The notes under the pieces: generated by a model
The model's database searches: none
What the model was told of the DNA's origin: nothing
What the model saw: the letters and a program-made list of their open reading frames with translations, nothing else
Made by a program: the position numbers and the translations under genes
Shown here: positions 9,491-18,626 of the stretch, piece after piece
Numbering within the stretch: position 1 is the stretch's first letter
How the letters are laid out: every line of letters starts with the position of its first letter
Assembly: GCA_964419525.1 (NCBI GenBank)
Contig: CAYQPG010000001.1
Coordinates: 1 to 60,315 of the forward strand
Length of the DNA stretch: 60,315 nucleotides
Direction of reading: 5' to 3'
DNA from: an uncultured Candidatus Saccharibacteria bacterium
GTDB taxonomy: Bacteria; Patescibacteriota; Minisyncoccia; UBA6257; GWB1-50-10

Positions 9491-11420
9491 AATAGCGACA
9501 ATTTCAGCGGCGGTTTCGATGCTTGCTTCGTCAATCCTCTTTCCCGGCGGAGCCTTGATTAATACCGCTTCCGCCGACAACGGCCCTTGCGACGGCTGGG
9601 TGCTCCAATGGTCGGATGGTTCAGCTGTAAACTCGTCGGATTTCATGCTCCCTCCGGTAAAACTGTCGGTCTCACCCGGCGATCCTGCTTACAGCACATC
9701 GACGCCGCCTGGAACAGCTACAACCAATCCGGATTACAATGCTTCGACCATGGGCTTCGTGCTCGCCTCGTCTTCGCCGCAATACGGCAAAAATAATTCG
9801 CTCCAGTGGACTTGCTCTAACTACAGCAGCCCGAGCTCCGGCCTCACTTCAAGCCAGCAGCCGCAGGGAACGGAGGCTTGCATAGCCGCCGCTCAAATCG
9901 CCGCCAAGTACGGCGCTTACACCGCCCTGAACGCCAATTTCAGCACGCTCACGGAAAACATCAAGAACGCGGTTGTGCAGAAGGTCATCGACAATCTCAA
10001 AAACCAGTTCAGCAACGTCCACATAAACATTAGTAATCTCCTGGGAACGTCGACTTTGGGTTCCGACCTCGCGGGTCTCATAGGCAACAACCCGACATTT
10101 ACCGACGTGCAAAACCTGTTCACGAGCTCCGGACTTCAGGATGCCTTCACAAAAACATTCGGCGATCCGATGAAGAAGCAGGTACAGGGCCAAGTGGACG
10201 CCATAACGAAGGAGGCCTCGCAGCAGCTCGCCGAAATAGGAATTAATGTCCTCGGGAGTGCCGCTACCCAGATCAAGGACATCACGAACCTCGGAGGCAG
10301 CTTTGCCGGCATCCAATCCGTCCCCGTGAACGACGCCGGCACCCAAGCCCAACTGAAGGAAGTTCAAAAGATCCAGGAAAAGGCGATCCAGGAACAAAAG
10401 ACGCAGGAAGTGATTGCTCAGACGAGATCGCAATGCGACCTCCTCCTGAAGAGCACGGTGGAAACCATAAAAAGATCGCTCCTTTACGAGTTCACTTCGG
10501 AAACAGTGAACTGGATACAAGGCGGCGGGATCCAATTTTCTAACGGCAAAATCATCGTTAAGGCGCCTCAATACTTCTCACAGCCTTTGAAATCCTTGGC
10601 GGACGCCGGACTCACGGCCGTCGATCGGCTGATTTCCCAGGTCGCCCCGCAGCTTTGCCAGCCGTTCCGACTGGCCGTAACTTTCGACATCCCGACCGTC
10701 AGCAAGGAATCCAACCCCTACTACCAACAAGTAAGCTGCACCTTGAACCAAGTTGTCGGCAACATACAGAATTTTTACGAGAACTTCAGGAGCGGCAGCT
10801 GGCTGGGATACCAGGAGATGTGGATGCCGCAGAACAACTACTACGGCGCTTCACTCCAGGTTCAAGGCATGGCGCAAGCGGCTTCCGTCGGCGCCCAGTC
10901 CGCGCTCCAGAACGAGATGAACCAGGGTAACGGCTATAAGAATAAATATCAGTGCAATCAGTGGGAGGAATATACCCAGGTCCCGACCAATCTGGCGGCT
11001 CTTTACTCCATATCCGGCGTACCATTGGGCAAGGACATCCAGATTGTGAATGGGGTTTATTATCAGGGCCAGCCGGTAGACTCCGCGAACGGCATACCTT
11101 CCGACGCCCAAACGACGGTCACTAACTCCGCCTACATATCAGGCAGCCGCCTTTTTACGGACACAAACAACACGATGTTTTACGAATGTAGCGGCGAACC
11201 GGAGATCGTTCAGCCTTCCAACATAGCCGCCGGCCTGGCCCAGCAGTCGACGCAGGTCGACGTTCAGTCGCTCATCAACGCCCAGGACCTGACCGACATC
11301 GGCGACATCATCCAGAGGGCCATTATTAATAAGCTGACCAAAGTGGGCATCGGCGGGCTGCAGGGAGTTCTCCAGAAACTACCGGGACTTCAAAACAGGT
11401 TGCAGATATTAAATCCTTGA
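9474..11420 (+). CDS. Large secreted hypothetical protein (648 aa)
   Basis: Signal peptide (ATISAAVSMLASSILFPGGALINTASA), Gln/Asn/Ser-rich with scattered Cys. Translationally coupled on both sides by overlaps at 9474/9490 and 11417/11420. Confidence 0.6.
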   Translation: MKALYKIATISAAVSMLASSILFPGGALINTASADNGPCDGWVLQWSDGSAVNSSDFMLPPVKLSVSPGDPAYSTSTPPGTATTNPDYNASTMGFVLASSSPQYGKNNSLQWTCSNYSSPSSGLTSSQQPQGTEACIAAAQIAAKYGAYTALNANFSTLTENIKNAVVQKVIDNLKNQFSNVHINISNLLGTSTLGSDLAGLIGNNPTFTDVQNLFTSSGLQDAFTKTFGDPMKKQVQGQVDAITKEASQQLAEIGINVLGSAATQIKDITNLGGSFAGIQSVPVNDAGTQAQLKEVQKIQEKAIQEQKTQEVIAQTRSQCDLLLKSTVETIKRSLLYEFTSETVNWIQGGGIQFSNGKIIVKAPQYFSQPLKSLADAGLTAVDRLISQVAPQLCQPFRLAVTFDIPTVSKESNPYYQQVSCTLNQVVGNIQNFYENFRSGSWLGYQEMWMPQNNYYGASLQVQGMAQAASVGAQSALQNEMNQGNGYKNKYQCNQWEEYTQVPTNLAALYSISGVPLGKDIQIVNGVYYQGQPVDSANGIPSDAQTTVTNSAYISGSRLFTDTNNTMFYECSGEPEIVQPSNIAAGLAQQSTQVDVQSLINAQDLTDIGDIIQRAIINKLTKVGIGGLQGVLQKLPGLQNRLQILNP

Positions 11421-13660
11421 CAATGATGTCTTTCTTCAAAAATAAAAAACGCAAAAAATTACTGCCGATTGTTATTTTGGCCGTGATATTTTTGCAGTTT
11501 ACGGCGCCTGGCATAGCCACAGCTCAAACGACGAACAGTCAGCCAAGCTGGATTTCTCAGTTATTCGTCGAACTTGGGACGGCCGCAGCTGTTTTCGGAT
11601 CTTCCCCAACCACGGCTACTAAGATCGCTCTCAATGCCGTAAGTTCGTCAGCCGGCAGCGCAGCTCTCGATATAGTTTCCTTGGTCAACCAACTCTTCGG
11701 TTTCGTGGGGGGCATTGTCATCTATCTCGGATCCGTTCTCATCAGCACGGCCTTTTCTCTCAATAACTATCTCATGGGGCTGCCGATAGTCCAAAGCGGA
11801 TGGCAAATAACGAGGGATATCACTAACCTCGGTTTCGTGCTGGCCGTGATAATCATCGCTTTCGCGACCATTCTGAGGATAAATCAGTACGGCGTCCAAA
11901 AGATGCTGCCCCGCCTCATCGCGGCGGCGATCCTGGTCAATTTCAGCTTGACGATAGGCGGAGCCATACTGGATTTCACGAACGTTATAACCAAGTTCTT
12001 CATAGACAGATCCATAGGGAACGGATCATTTGCTCAATCCGTCGATATCGGGACCAATCTGACGGCCGCTTTCAATCCCCAGAAGCTTCTCGAGGTCAAC
12101 GCTCAGAACGCGCAGAGCATACCGGCGGGCATGACGACCGCCTTAGTTTCCGCGGCCAGCACTTTCTTCGTGGCCGCCTTCACTCTTCTCATGGGACTCG
12201 TCCTTCTTGCGATAGCCCTCATGCTTCTCACGAGATTTGTCTGGTTAGCGTTTCTTTTGGCCGTGGCGCCCATGCCGTGGCTTTTCGGCGTCATACCCAT
12301 AGCCGGATTGTCCAGTATGTCTAAAAAGTGGTGGGACAAGTTCATGCACTGGGCGTTCGTCGCCCCCATTTTATCGTTCTTCCTTTATCTGACTCTCGCC
12401 ACGGCGGCGAAGGTCGGGAGCATAGCCCAGAGCATCATCAGCCAGAACGCGAGCGCCACCAACAATCCGACGTTGATATCCGGCTTCATACTTCAGACCG
12501 TCAACATGCTGATATTGGTCGGCTTCCTGGTCGGGGGATTGATAGCCGCGAACGGCATGGGCATCATCGGCGCCGGCGCCGTCTATGGATTAGCGAAAAG
12601 TGCCGGGAACAAAGCCAAGGGATTCGCCAAAAACAAAACGCTGGGCGTGGGCAAGAGACTGGCGACGGCCGGATCTAAGGGCGATAAAGAGGGTAAATCC
12701 GTATTTGAGAGATTATCAGAAGGCCGTTTAGGGAAAGCTCCTTTGTTGGGCGGCGCCTTAAGAGGCCTGGCCGGGGCATCACTTAGCGCCAAAGAAAAAT
12801 CGCAGGGCGACATAGACAATTCTTACAAGAACAACAAGAAATTCAGCAAGGATACGCTGGCCAACAAGTACAACGGCCAAAAGTTAATAAACGAGAGGGA
12901 CCTCGGTGGACTTTTGGCCCTGGCCGAGAAAGGCGGATGGAGCAAATTGGATGATGCAACGAAGAGCAGGGCCGTCTCCGCCATAAAGAGGACCGGCTCG
13001 GCCGCCAAATTTGCCGCTTACGATCCGTCAATAGCCATAGCCGCCGGCATGCCGGCTGAAAAAGCGGTCAAGTTGGTCGAGGACGTATCTAAATTGGATA
13101 AAGACACGGTTAAGCAAGCGGCCCAGCACATGAGGGTCCAGCAGGACAGGGACATAGGCAACAAGGGAACGATGGAACAGAGGCAGGCCCACGCCGAAGG
13201 ATTGAAATTGGCCTTCGTCACCAAGAACAGAAGCGAATCGCAGGTCAATTCTGTTTTCGGCGACATAGAACAGGAAATGAACACTTTAGACAAAAACATT
13301 AAGGACTACAAAGACGCCAAAGACCTCGGCAAGACAGATGAAATGGAAAGATTGAAGACCGAAAGGAAGAATATAGAACAGCGCATAAGCTTCGCCGAAG
13401 ACGAACTTGTAAACGGCGGCGACATAGAACAGGAAGACGAAGTAAGAGCCTTGGATCAGGAGATAGTCAAGGCCCAGGGAGAGGAAAGAATTAAAAAGAT
13501 AGCGGAGAGAACAAATAAGATTAGCAGCATAAAAGACAAGAGAAGAGACGTGCTGCAAAGAAGAAAATCACTCATGAAGCAGGCGGCTTGGCAGGGAGTG
13601 CCGGAATACAAAAATAAACACGTGAATACCGATAGTGCCGCGAATGAAGAAACAATATAA
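11417..13660 (+). CDS. Polytopic membrane protein, VirB6/TrbL-like, with a long Lys/Glu-rich C-terminal tail
   Basis: Signal sequence, then at least 7 hydrophobic helices between about aa 90 and 520. A ~230-aa charged, coiled-coil-like tail follows. The position just upstream of PrgI-like and VirB4 genes supports the call, which rests on topology and context only. Confidence 0.5.
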   Translation: MTMMSFFKNKKRKKLLPIVILAVIFLQFTAPGIATAQTTNSQPSWISQLFVELGTAAAVFGSSPTTATKIALNAVSSSAGSAALDIVSLVNQLFGFVGGIVIYLGSVLISTAFSLNNYLMGLPIVQSGWQITRDITNLGFVLAVIIIAFATILRINQYGVQKMLPRLIAAAILVNFSLTIGGAILDFTNVITKFFIDRSIGNGSFAQSVDIGTNLTAAFNPQKLLEVNAQNAQSIPAGMTTALVSAASTFFVAAFTLLMGLVLLAIALMLLTRFVWLAFLLAVAPMPWLFGVIPIAGLSSMSKKWWDKFMHWAFVAPILSFFLYLTLATAAKVGSIAQSIISQNASATNNPTLISGFILQTVNMLILVGFLVGGLIAANGMGIIGAGAVYGLAKSAGNKAKGFAKNKTLGVGKRLATAGSKGDKEGKSVFERLSEGRLGKAPLLGGALRGLAGASLSAKEKSQGDIDNSYKNNKKFSKDTLANKYNGQKLINERDLGGLLALAEKGGWSKLDDATKSRAVSAIKRTGSAAKFAAYDPSIAIAAGMPAEKAVKLVEDVSKLDKDTVKQAAQHMRVQQDRDIGNKGTMEQRQAHAEGLKLAFVTKNRSESQVNSVFGDIEQEMNTLDKNIKDYKDAKDLGKTDEMERLKTERKNIEQRISFAEDELVNGGDIEQEDEVRALDQEIVKAQGEERIKKIAERTNKISSIKDKRRDVLQRRKSLMKQAAWQGVPEYKNKHVNTDSAANEETI

Positions 13661-13666
13661 GCCTAA

Positions 13667-14569
13667 ATGACATTCGAAGAAGTACCACAACAAATAAAAA
13701 ACAGCTTGTTTTCCGAACGAGTGGATGAAATACTCGAAGAAATAAGGAACGAGGCGGTCATAACCAGCCCCACTCTTATTGCCGGCGCCTTTTATGACCT
13801 CATAACCAAAGAAACTCCCGCCCACTACTTCGTGCAAGACCTCGCTGAAAGGGGTGCGGGAGAGAAAATGGCCAAATCGATAGCCAAGGCCATAAAGGAA
13901 AGGATATTGGAATCGGAAAGATATTCTCTTTTCAGATGGGGAGTGGACATAAGCGAGATAAAAGTCGAGGATGCTCCAAATTTGGAGACCTTGGGATTAA
14001 GGGAAGATCTGCGGCCCGAGGAGACGAAGAAAACTCTCCATCCGGAATCCATCGAGAAAAAGGAGCAGGAGATCGAAGAAATACCAATAATAAGGAGTAC
14101 CTTCCAGCCGCCGGCGGAAAAGAAAGAAACCGGGTCCATGCCTTTCGTTCTTCAGGAGAGACCCAAGGAAGAGAGCGCCCTCTCCGGGCAGGCGACCGGC
14201 ATAATACCGTCTCTTTCCTTCGGATTCTTCAAATCAAAAAAGGTCAAACCGATCATCTCTCCCCAGCCCATAAAAGCCCGCATCGAAACTCCCGAAGCTG
14301 AAACGCCTAAAGGCAAAAAGGTAGTCCATTACATGGAGAGCAGATCCACCGCATCGCCCTTCGAAGCTGGCGGAGAGTTTTTGAGAACCGAAGAGATCGC
14401 GACACCCGCGCCTAAAGAAGAGGTGCCGAAAAAGCCCGCGGATAATCCATTCCTGAACGCCATACTCAAAAAACCGCCGGAGAAGAGCAGTGGTAAAAAG
14501 ACGGAAGCAAAAATCGTTTCATCCGGACCGAAGATTGAGGGCAACACGATAGACCTAAGAAATAATTAG
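13667..14569 (+). CDS. Hypothetical soluble protein with a disordered Pro/Glu/Lys-rich C-half
   Basis: No TM segment or signal peptide. Sits inside the operon. Confidence 0.5.
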   Translation: MTFEEVPQQIKNSLFSERVDEILEEIRNEAVITSPTLIAGAFYDLITKETPAHYFVQDLAERGAGEKMAKSIAKAIKERILESERYSLFRWGVDISEIKVEDAPNLETLGLREDLRPEETKKTLHPESIEKKEQEIEEIPIIRSTFQPPAEKKETGSMPFVLQERPKEESALSGQATGIIPSLSFGFFKSKKVKPIISPQPIKARIETPEAETPKGKKVVHYMESRSTASPFEAGGEFLRTEEIATPAPKEEVPKKPADNPFLNAILKKPPEKSSGKKTEAKIVSSGPKIEGNTIDLRNN

Positions 14570-14573
14570 CCAA

Positions 14574-15065
14574 ATGGAATTCCAAGTTCCGCAATTCATA
14601 GAACAAAAGGCAAAAATAGTGGGGCCCTTAACGCTGGTCCAGTTCTTTTACGTCGCCGGGGCGGGAGCCGTGAGTTTCATAGCTTACAACATTCTGAGCC
14701 CGTTCCTTTGGGTGATAATAACTCTCATCGTCCTCGGGATCGCCGGCACTTTAGCCTTCGTCAAAATCAACGGGCAGGAAATGATAAAGGTCTTGGGTTC
14801 GATCACGAAATTCTATTTTGCCCCGCGGATGTATACCTGGCAGAGGCAAACGGCCAAGACGACCTTGGAACTCTCCGATGAGGACATTGAAAGCCTCAGA
14901 AAGAATATGAGCATCGGCAGCAAGCTTAAGTCGCTGGCCCTCAAGGTCTCGGTGGGCCGAATACTCGGCAAAGACCAGCCCAAAGAGGGCGATAGGGAGG
15001 GACATTACGAAGTGGTGACTTATCTGACCGGGGAAAGGAAGGTCGCCAAAAGAGTAGATTATTGA
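14574..15065 (+). CDS. PrgI-family (VirB3-like) T4SS membrane protein
   Basis: N-terminus FQVPQFIEQKAKIVGPLTLVQFFYVAGAG followed by two TM helices. This matches the PrgI pattern (VP..i....ki.g.LT.rQ) and lies just upstream of VirB4. Confidence 0.6.
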   Translation: MEFQVPQFIEQKAKIVGPLTLVQFFYVAGAGAVSFIAYNILSPFLWVIITLIVLGIAGTLAFVKINGQEMIKVLGSITKFYFAPRMYTWQRQTAKTTLELSDEDIESLRKNMSIGSKLKSLALKVSVGRILGKDQPKEGDREGHYEVVTYLTGERKVAKRVDY

Positions 15066-15089
15066 AGCTTAAACGCTTAAAATACAATC

Positions 15090-15737
15090 ATGGCGCAAAA
15101 TCAAACACCGACGCAGACATTGGTCGAGGTAAAAAAGATAGACAACGGGGTCGTCTATCTTAAAAACGGCGGCTTGGTCCAGATAATAATGGTCGGCGGC
15201 ACCAATTTCGACCTCAAGTCCGAGGACGAACAAAACGCCATAATCGCCACTTTCCAGAAATTTCTGAACTCGCTCGACTTCAGAACCCAGTTCTTCATAC
15301 ATTCCCGCAAGGTCAATATCCAAAAATATTTGGACAACATGCGGGAAAGGAAGAAAAACGAGGAAAATGAACTTTTGAAGATACAAATAGACGAGTACAT
15401 AAACTTCATAAAATCGTTTGTCGAACAGAACGCCATCATAAGCAAAAATTTCTTCGTGGTCGTGCCTTACGATTCGACGCCCGACGCCTCATCGGCCGCG
15501 ACGGGACTCATGGGTTTTTTCAAAAAAACGCCGACTGCGGCACAAAAAGCCGAGACCGGCGCCTTGGACCGGGAAAACCTCGAACAATTAAGGAACCGGG
15601 CCGAGGGGGTGATAAGTGGTCTCGAACAAATGGGATTGAAGGCCGTCCCAATGGAAGATGATGAGCTCACCGAATTGTTTTATAATCTATACAATCCTCA
15701 ACTCGTCGAGAAAAAGGGATTGAACTTGGCACAATAG
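15090..15737 (+). CDS. VirB4/TraC-type ATPase, N-terminal domain fragment (ends at an in-frame TAG)
   Basis: LVEVKKIDNGVVYLKNGGLVQIIMVGGTNFDLKSEDEQNAIIATFQKFLNSLDFRTQFFIHS resembles the VirB4 N-terminal domain. It is in the same reading frame as 15744-17489. Confidence 0.55.
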   Translation: MAQNQTPTQTLVEVKKIDNGVVYLKNGGLVQIIMVGGTNFDLKSEDEQNAIIATFQKFLNSLDFRTQFFIHSRKVNIQKYLDNMRERKKNEENELLKIQIDEYINFIKSFVEQNAIISKNFFVVVPYDSTPDASSAATGLMGFFKKTPTAAQKAETGALDRENLEQLRNRAEGVISGLEQMGLKAVPMEDDELTELFYNLYNPQLVEKKGLNLAQ

Positions 15738-15743
15738 TTTCAC

Positions 15744-17489
15744 ATGAAGATCCAAATCCCACAAGCTTACAAACCGGGCGAAGAAGATTTGTTCAACATC
15801 ATAGCTCCCTCCGGCGTGGAAGTTAATTCCAATTACCTCAAAATAGGCGATTATTACGCCAAAACGTTCTTCATATTCACTTATCCGCGCTACATAACCA
15901 CCGGTTGGTTCTCTCCCATTATAAACATGCCGACCATGATGGACATCTCCATATTCGTCCATCCCATGGACACATCTTTGGCCCTAAGAAACCTAAGAAA
16001 GAAGGTTGCTCAAATAGAGGCCGAGATAACGGAAAAGGAAGAAAAGGGCGTTGTCCGCGACCCAGTCCTCGAAACGGCCTACCAGGACATAGAAAGCTTG
16101 CGCGACTCGCTCCAGCAGGCCAGAGAGAAGCTTTTCGAGGTCGGCGTTTACATAACCATCTACGCCTCCAGCTTGGAAGAACTGGCCAAGATCGAGAGCG
16201 ATCTCACGAACACCCTGGAAAGCAGAATGGTTTATTTGAAGCCGGCGCTTTTCAGGCAAGACGAAGGGCTGAGTTCCGTCCTGCCGATAGCCGAGGACAA
16301 GCTGGCGGTAAGGACGCCTTTGAACAGCGGCCCGGCGTCGTCCATATTTCCGTTCACTTCCGCCGACCTGACGTCGGAGAACGGCATCCTGTACGGCATA
16401 AACATGCAGAACAACACCCTCATAATATTCGACAGGTTTTCTTTGGAAAACGCCAACATGGTGGTCTTCGCCAAATCCGGCTCCGGCAAATCGTACGCCA
16501 CCAAACTCCAAATACTGCGATCACTCATGGTGGGAACGGACGTCATAGTTATAGACCCGGAGAACGAATACCAGAATCTGGCCGACTCGATAGGCGGCAG
16601 CTACTTCAAAATATCGCTGACGTCCGAAAACCACATCAATCCCTTCGACATACCCGTGATACCCGAGGGGGAGGAGCCGGCCGACGTCTTTAAATCGCAC
16701 ATATTGAACTTGACGGGACTCGTGAAACTGATGCTCGGCGAGGTCAAACCGGAAGAGGAAGCTCTTCTCGACAGAGCCATAACTGAAACGTACACGTCGA
16801 GGGACATAACGGCCGAAAATTTCGGCACACTTAAAGAATTGAATCCGCCGCTCCTGGAGGACCTTCAAACCATACTCCAAAACACCGAAGGGGGGGGCGG
16901 CATAGCCCAAAGACTGGACAGGTTCACTCACGGTTCGTACTCGGGCTTCACGAACGCCCCCACGAACGTCGACATAAAGAACAGGCTGATAGTCTTTTCC
17001 ATAAGGGACTTGGAGGAAGAATTGAGACCCATCGCGATGTACATAGTTCTTAACTTCGTCTGGAACCTCATAAGATCGGAACTTAAATCGAGATTACTCG
17101 TGATAGACGAAGCTTGGTGGATGATGAAATACAAGGACAGCGCCTCATTCTTGTTCGGACTAGTGAAGCGAGCCAGGAAGTATTATTTGGGCGTCACGAC
17201 CATAACCCAGGATGTGGACGATTTCCTGGGATCCGAGTACGGCCGGCCTATTGTCACCAACTCGGCAATGCAATTGCTTTTAAAGCAGTCGCCGTCAAGC
17301 ATAGAACCACTGACCAAAGCTTTCAACCTGACGGACGGGGAGTCGGCGCTGCTCCTCGAGGCCGGCGTCGGCGAAGGACTGTTGTTTGCCGGACTGAAAC
17401 ACGCCGCCATAAAGGTCATAGCGTCATATACTGAGGATCAGATAGTCACGACCAACCCGGAGCAAATATTGGAAGCCAAGGGATTATAA
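15744..17489 (+). CDS. virB4: VirB4/TrbE/CagE-type T4SS ATPase, C-terminal ATPase domain
   Basis: Walker A SGSGKS (GSGKS = 16479-16493), Walker B LLVIDEAWWMM (DE = 17106-17111), and TTITQDVDDF. The two ORFs total 215 + 581 aa, about the length of a full VirB4. Confidence 0.85.
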   Translation: MKIQIPQAYKPGEEDLFNIIAPSGVEVNSNYLKIGDYYAKTFFIFTYPRYITTGWFSPIINMPTMMDISIFVHPMDTSLALRNLRKKVAQIEAEITEKEEKGVVRDPVLETAYQDIESLRDSLQQAREKLFEVGVYITIYASSLEELAKIESDLTNTLESRMVYLKPALFRQDEGLSSVLPIAEDKLAVRTPLNSGPASSIFPFTSADLTSENGILYGINMQNNTLIIFDRFSLENANMVVFAKSGSGKSYATKLQILRSLMVGTDVIVIDPENEYQNLADSIGGSYFKISLTSENHINPFDIPVIPEGEEPADVFKSHILNLTGLVKLMLGEVKPEEEALLDRAITETYTSRDITAENFGTLKELNPPLLEDLQTILQNTEGGGGIAQRLDRFTHGSYSGFTNAPTNVDIKNRLIVFSIRDLEEELRPIAMYIVLNFVWNLIRSELKSRLLVIDEAWWMMKYKDSASFLFGLVKRARKYYLGVTTITQDVDDFLGSEYGRPIVTNSAMQLLLKQSPSSIEPLTKAFNLTDGESALLLEAGVGEGLLFAGLKHAAIKVIASYTEDQIVTTNPEQILEAKGL

Positions 17490-17493
17490 AAAC

Positions 17494-17943
17494 ATGGAAG
17501 AGGACAACGAATTGGAACAATTAAACGAGGGGATCGACAAGGCCGGCGAAGATATAGCGTCCGATGCTCCCCGGATAAGCTGGGGCGAGATACTCTTAAT
17601 AACTCCCTTGTTGATGTTCGTTGATTTCGTAGAGCTCATGGGGACCGTCATGGAGGCTATCCCGGTGGCTGGCCAAGTGGTTTTATTGCCGGTTTCGTTG
17701 ATCTTGTCGGGCGTCAGTCTTTTGGTGACTTTTTTCGTACAATTTTATCTTTTCATAAAAAAGGTCAAAAACTTCGCGTTCTTGATAGGAAGTATCATCG
17801 ACTCGGTGCCTGTAATAAGCGCCTTACCCATAAGGACCGTAAGCTGGCTCATAACGGTCTTTATGACCAACAACAAAAAGGTTTCAAAGCTCATGAACAA
17901 CTCGGCTCTTGGTAAGGCGGCGAGCATAGCCACTAAAATATGA
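17494..17943 (+). CDS. Small polytopic membrane protein (3-4 TM), hypothetical
   Basis: Acidic N-terminus followed by hydrophobic helices. Overlaps the next ORF by 4 nt. Confidence 0.55.
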   Translation: MEEDNELEQLNEGIDKAGEDIASDAPRISWGEILLITPLLMFVDFVELMGTVMEAIPVAGQVVLLPVSLILSGVSLLVTFFVQFYLFIKKVKNFAFLIGSIIDSVPVISALPIRTVSWLITVFMTNNKKVSKLMNNSALGKAASIATKI

Positions 17944-18623
17944 AAAAAACGATACCCATATTACTGGCACTCATATTCTTGTCCGCGGCGCTATTAGTAA
18001 AAGCTCAAACGGCGAGCGGAACAAATACTTATCAAGCCGTCATAACTTGGGACGCCAACGACTATTATCCCTCGGACTTTAAAGGTAAACCTATGCCGAC
18101 CAACGGAACCAACGTTTCTCTTTCCGTGATATTAACCCAAAATCAGAGACTGGTGGACGTATCAAGCATGCCGATACTGTGGTATGTCGACGGCAACTTT
18201 CTGGGCGGTGGCGTAGGTTCTTACCAGACGAGCTTCCGCGTCACTAAGACCGCCGGCGACTACCACACTGTAATGGTGGAAATAAACACGCCCGACGGAC
18301 AGACGATATCGACTTCGGAAAGCATACCGGTATCCAATTACCTGGCGATCATAGACGCTCCTTATCCGGCTGACCAAGTTCAGAAGAACTCAACGGTCAA
18401 TCTGGAAATAATACCTTATTTTTTCAACGTTTCTTCCTTGAACAATCTCCTTTTCTCGTGGAACGTAAACAGCCTCCAGAAAACGAACCAATCGCTGGAT
18501 AATACATTGTCGCTTCAAACCGGGTCGGTCTCGCCTCAGACGGTCAATGTGAGCGCATACATAGAGAATTCCTCCAATCAATACGAGTTCGCCAACGGCA
18601 AAATCAACCTGTATGTTCAATAA
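17940..18623 (+). CDS. Secreted hypothetical protein, beta-rich
   Basis: Signal peptide MKKTIPILLALIFLSAALLVKAQ followed by Asn/Ser/Thr/Val-rich sequence. Confidence 0.55.
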   Translation: MKKTIPILLALIFLSAALLVKAQTASGTNTYQAVITWDANDYYPSDFKGKPMPTNGTNVSLSVILTQNQRLVDVSSMPILWYVDGNFLGGGVGSYQTSFRVTKTAGDYHTVMVEINTPDGQTISTSESIPVSNYLAIIDAPYPADQVQKNSTVNLEIIPYFFNVSSLNNLLFSWNVNSLQKTNQSLDNTLSLQTGSVSPQTVNVSAYIENSSNQYEFANGKINLYVQ

Positions 18624-18626
18624 AAC

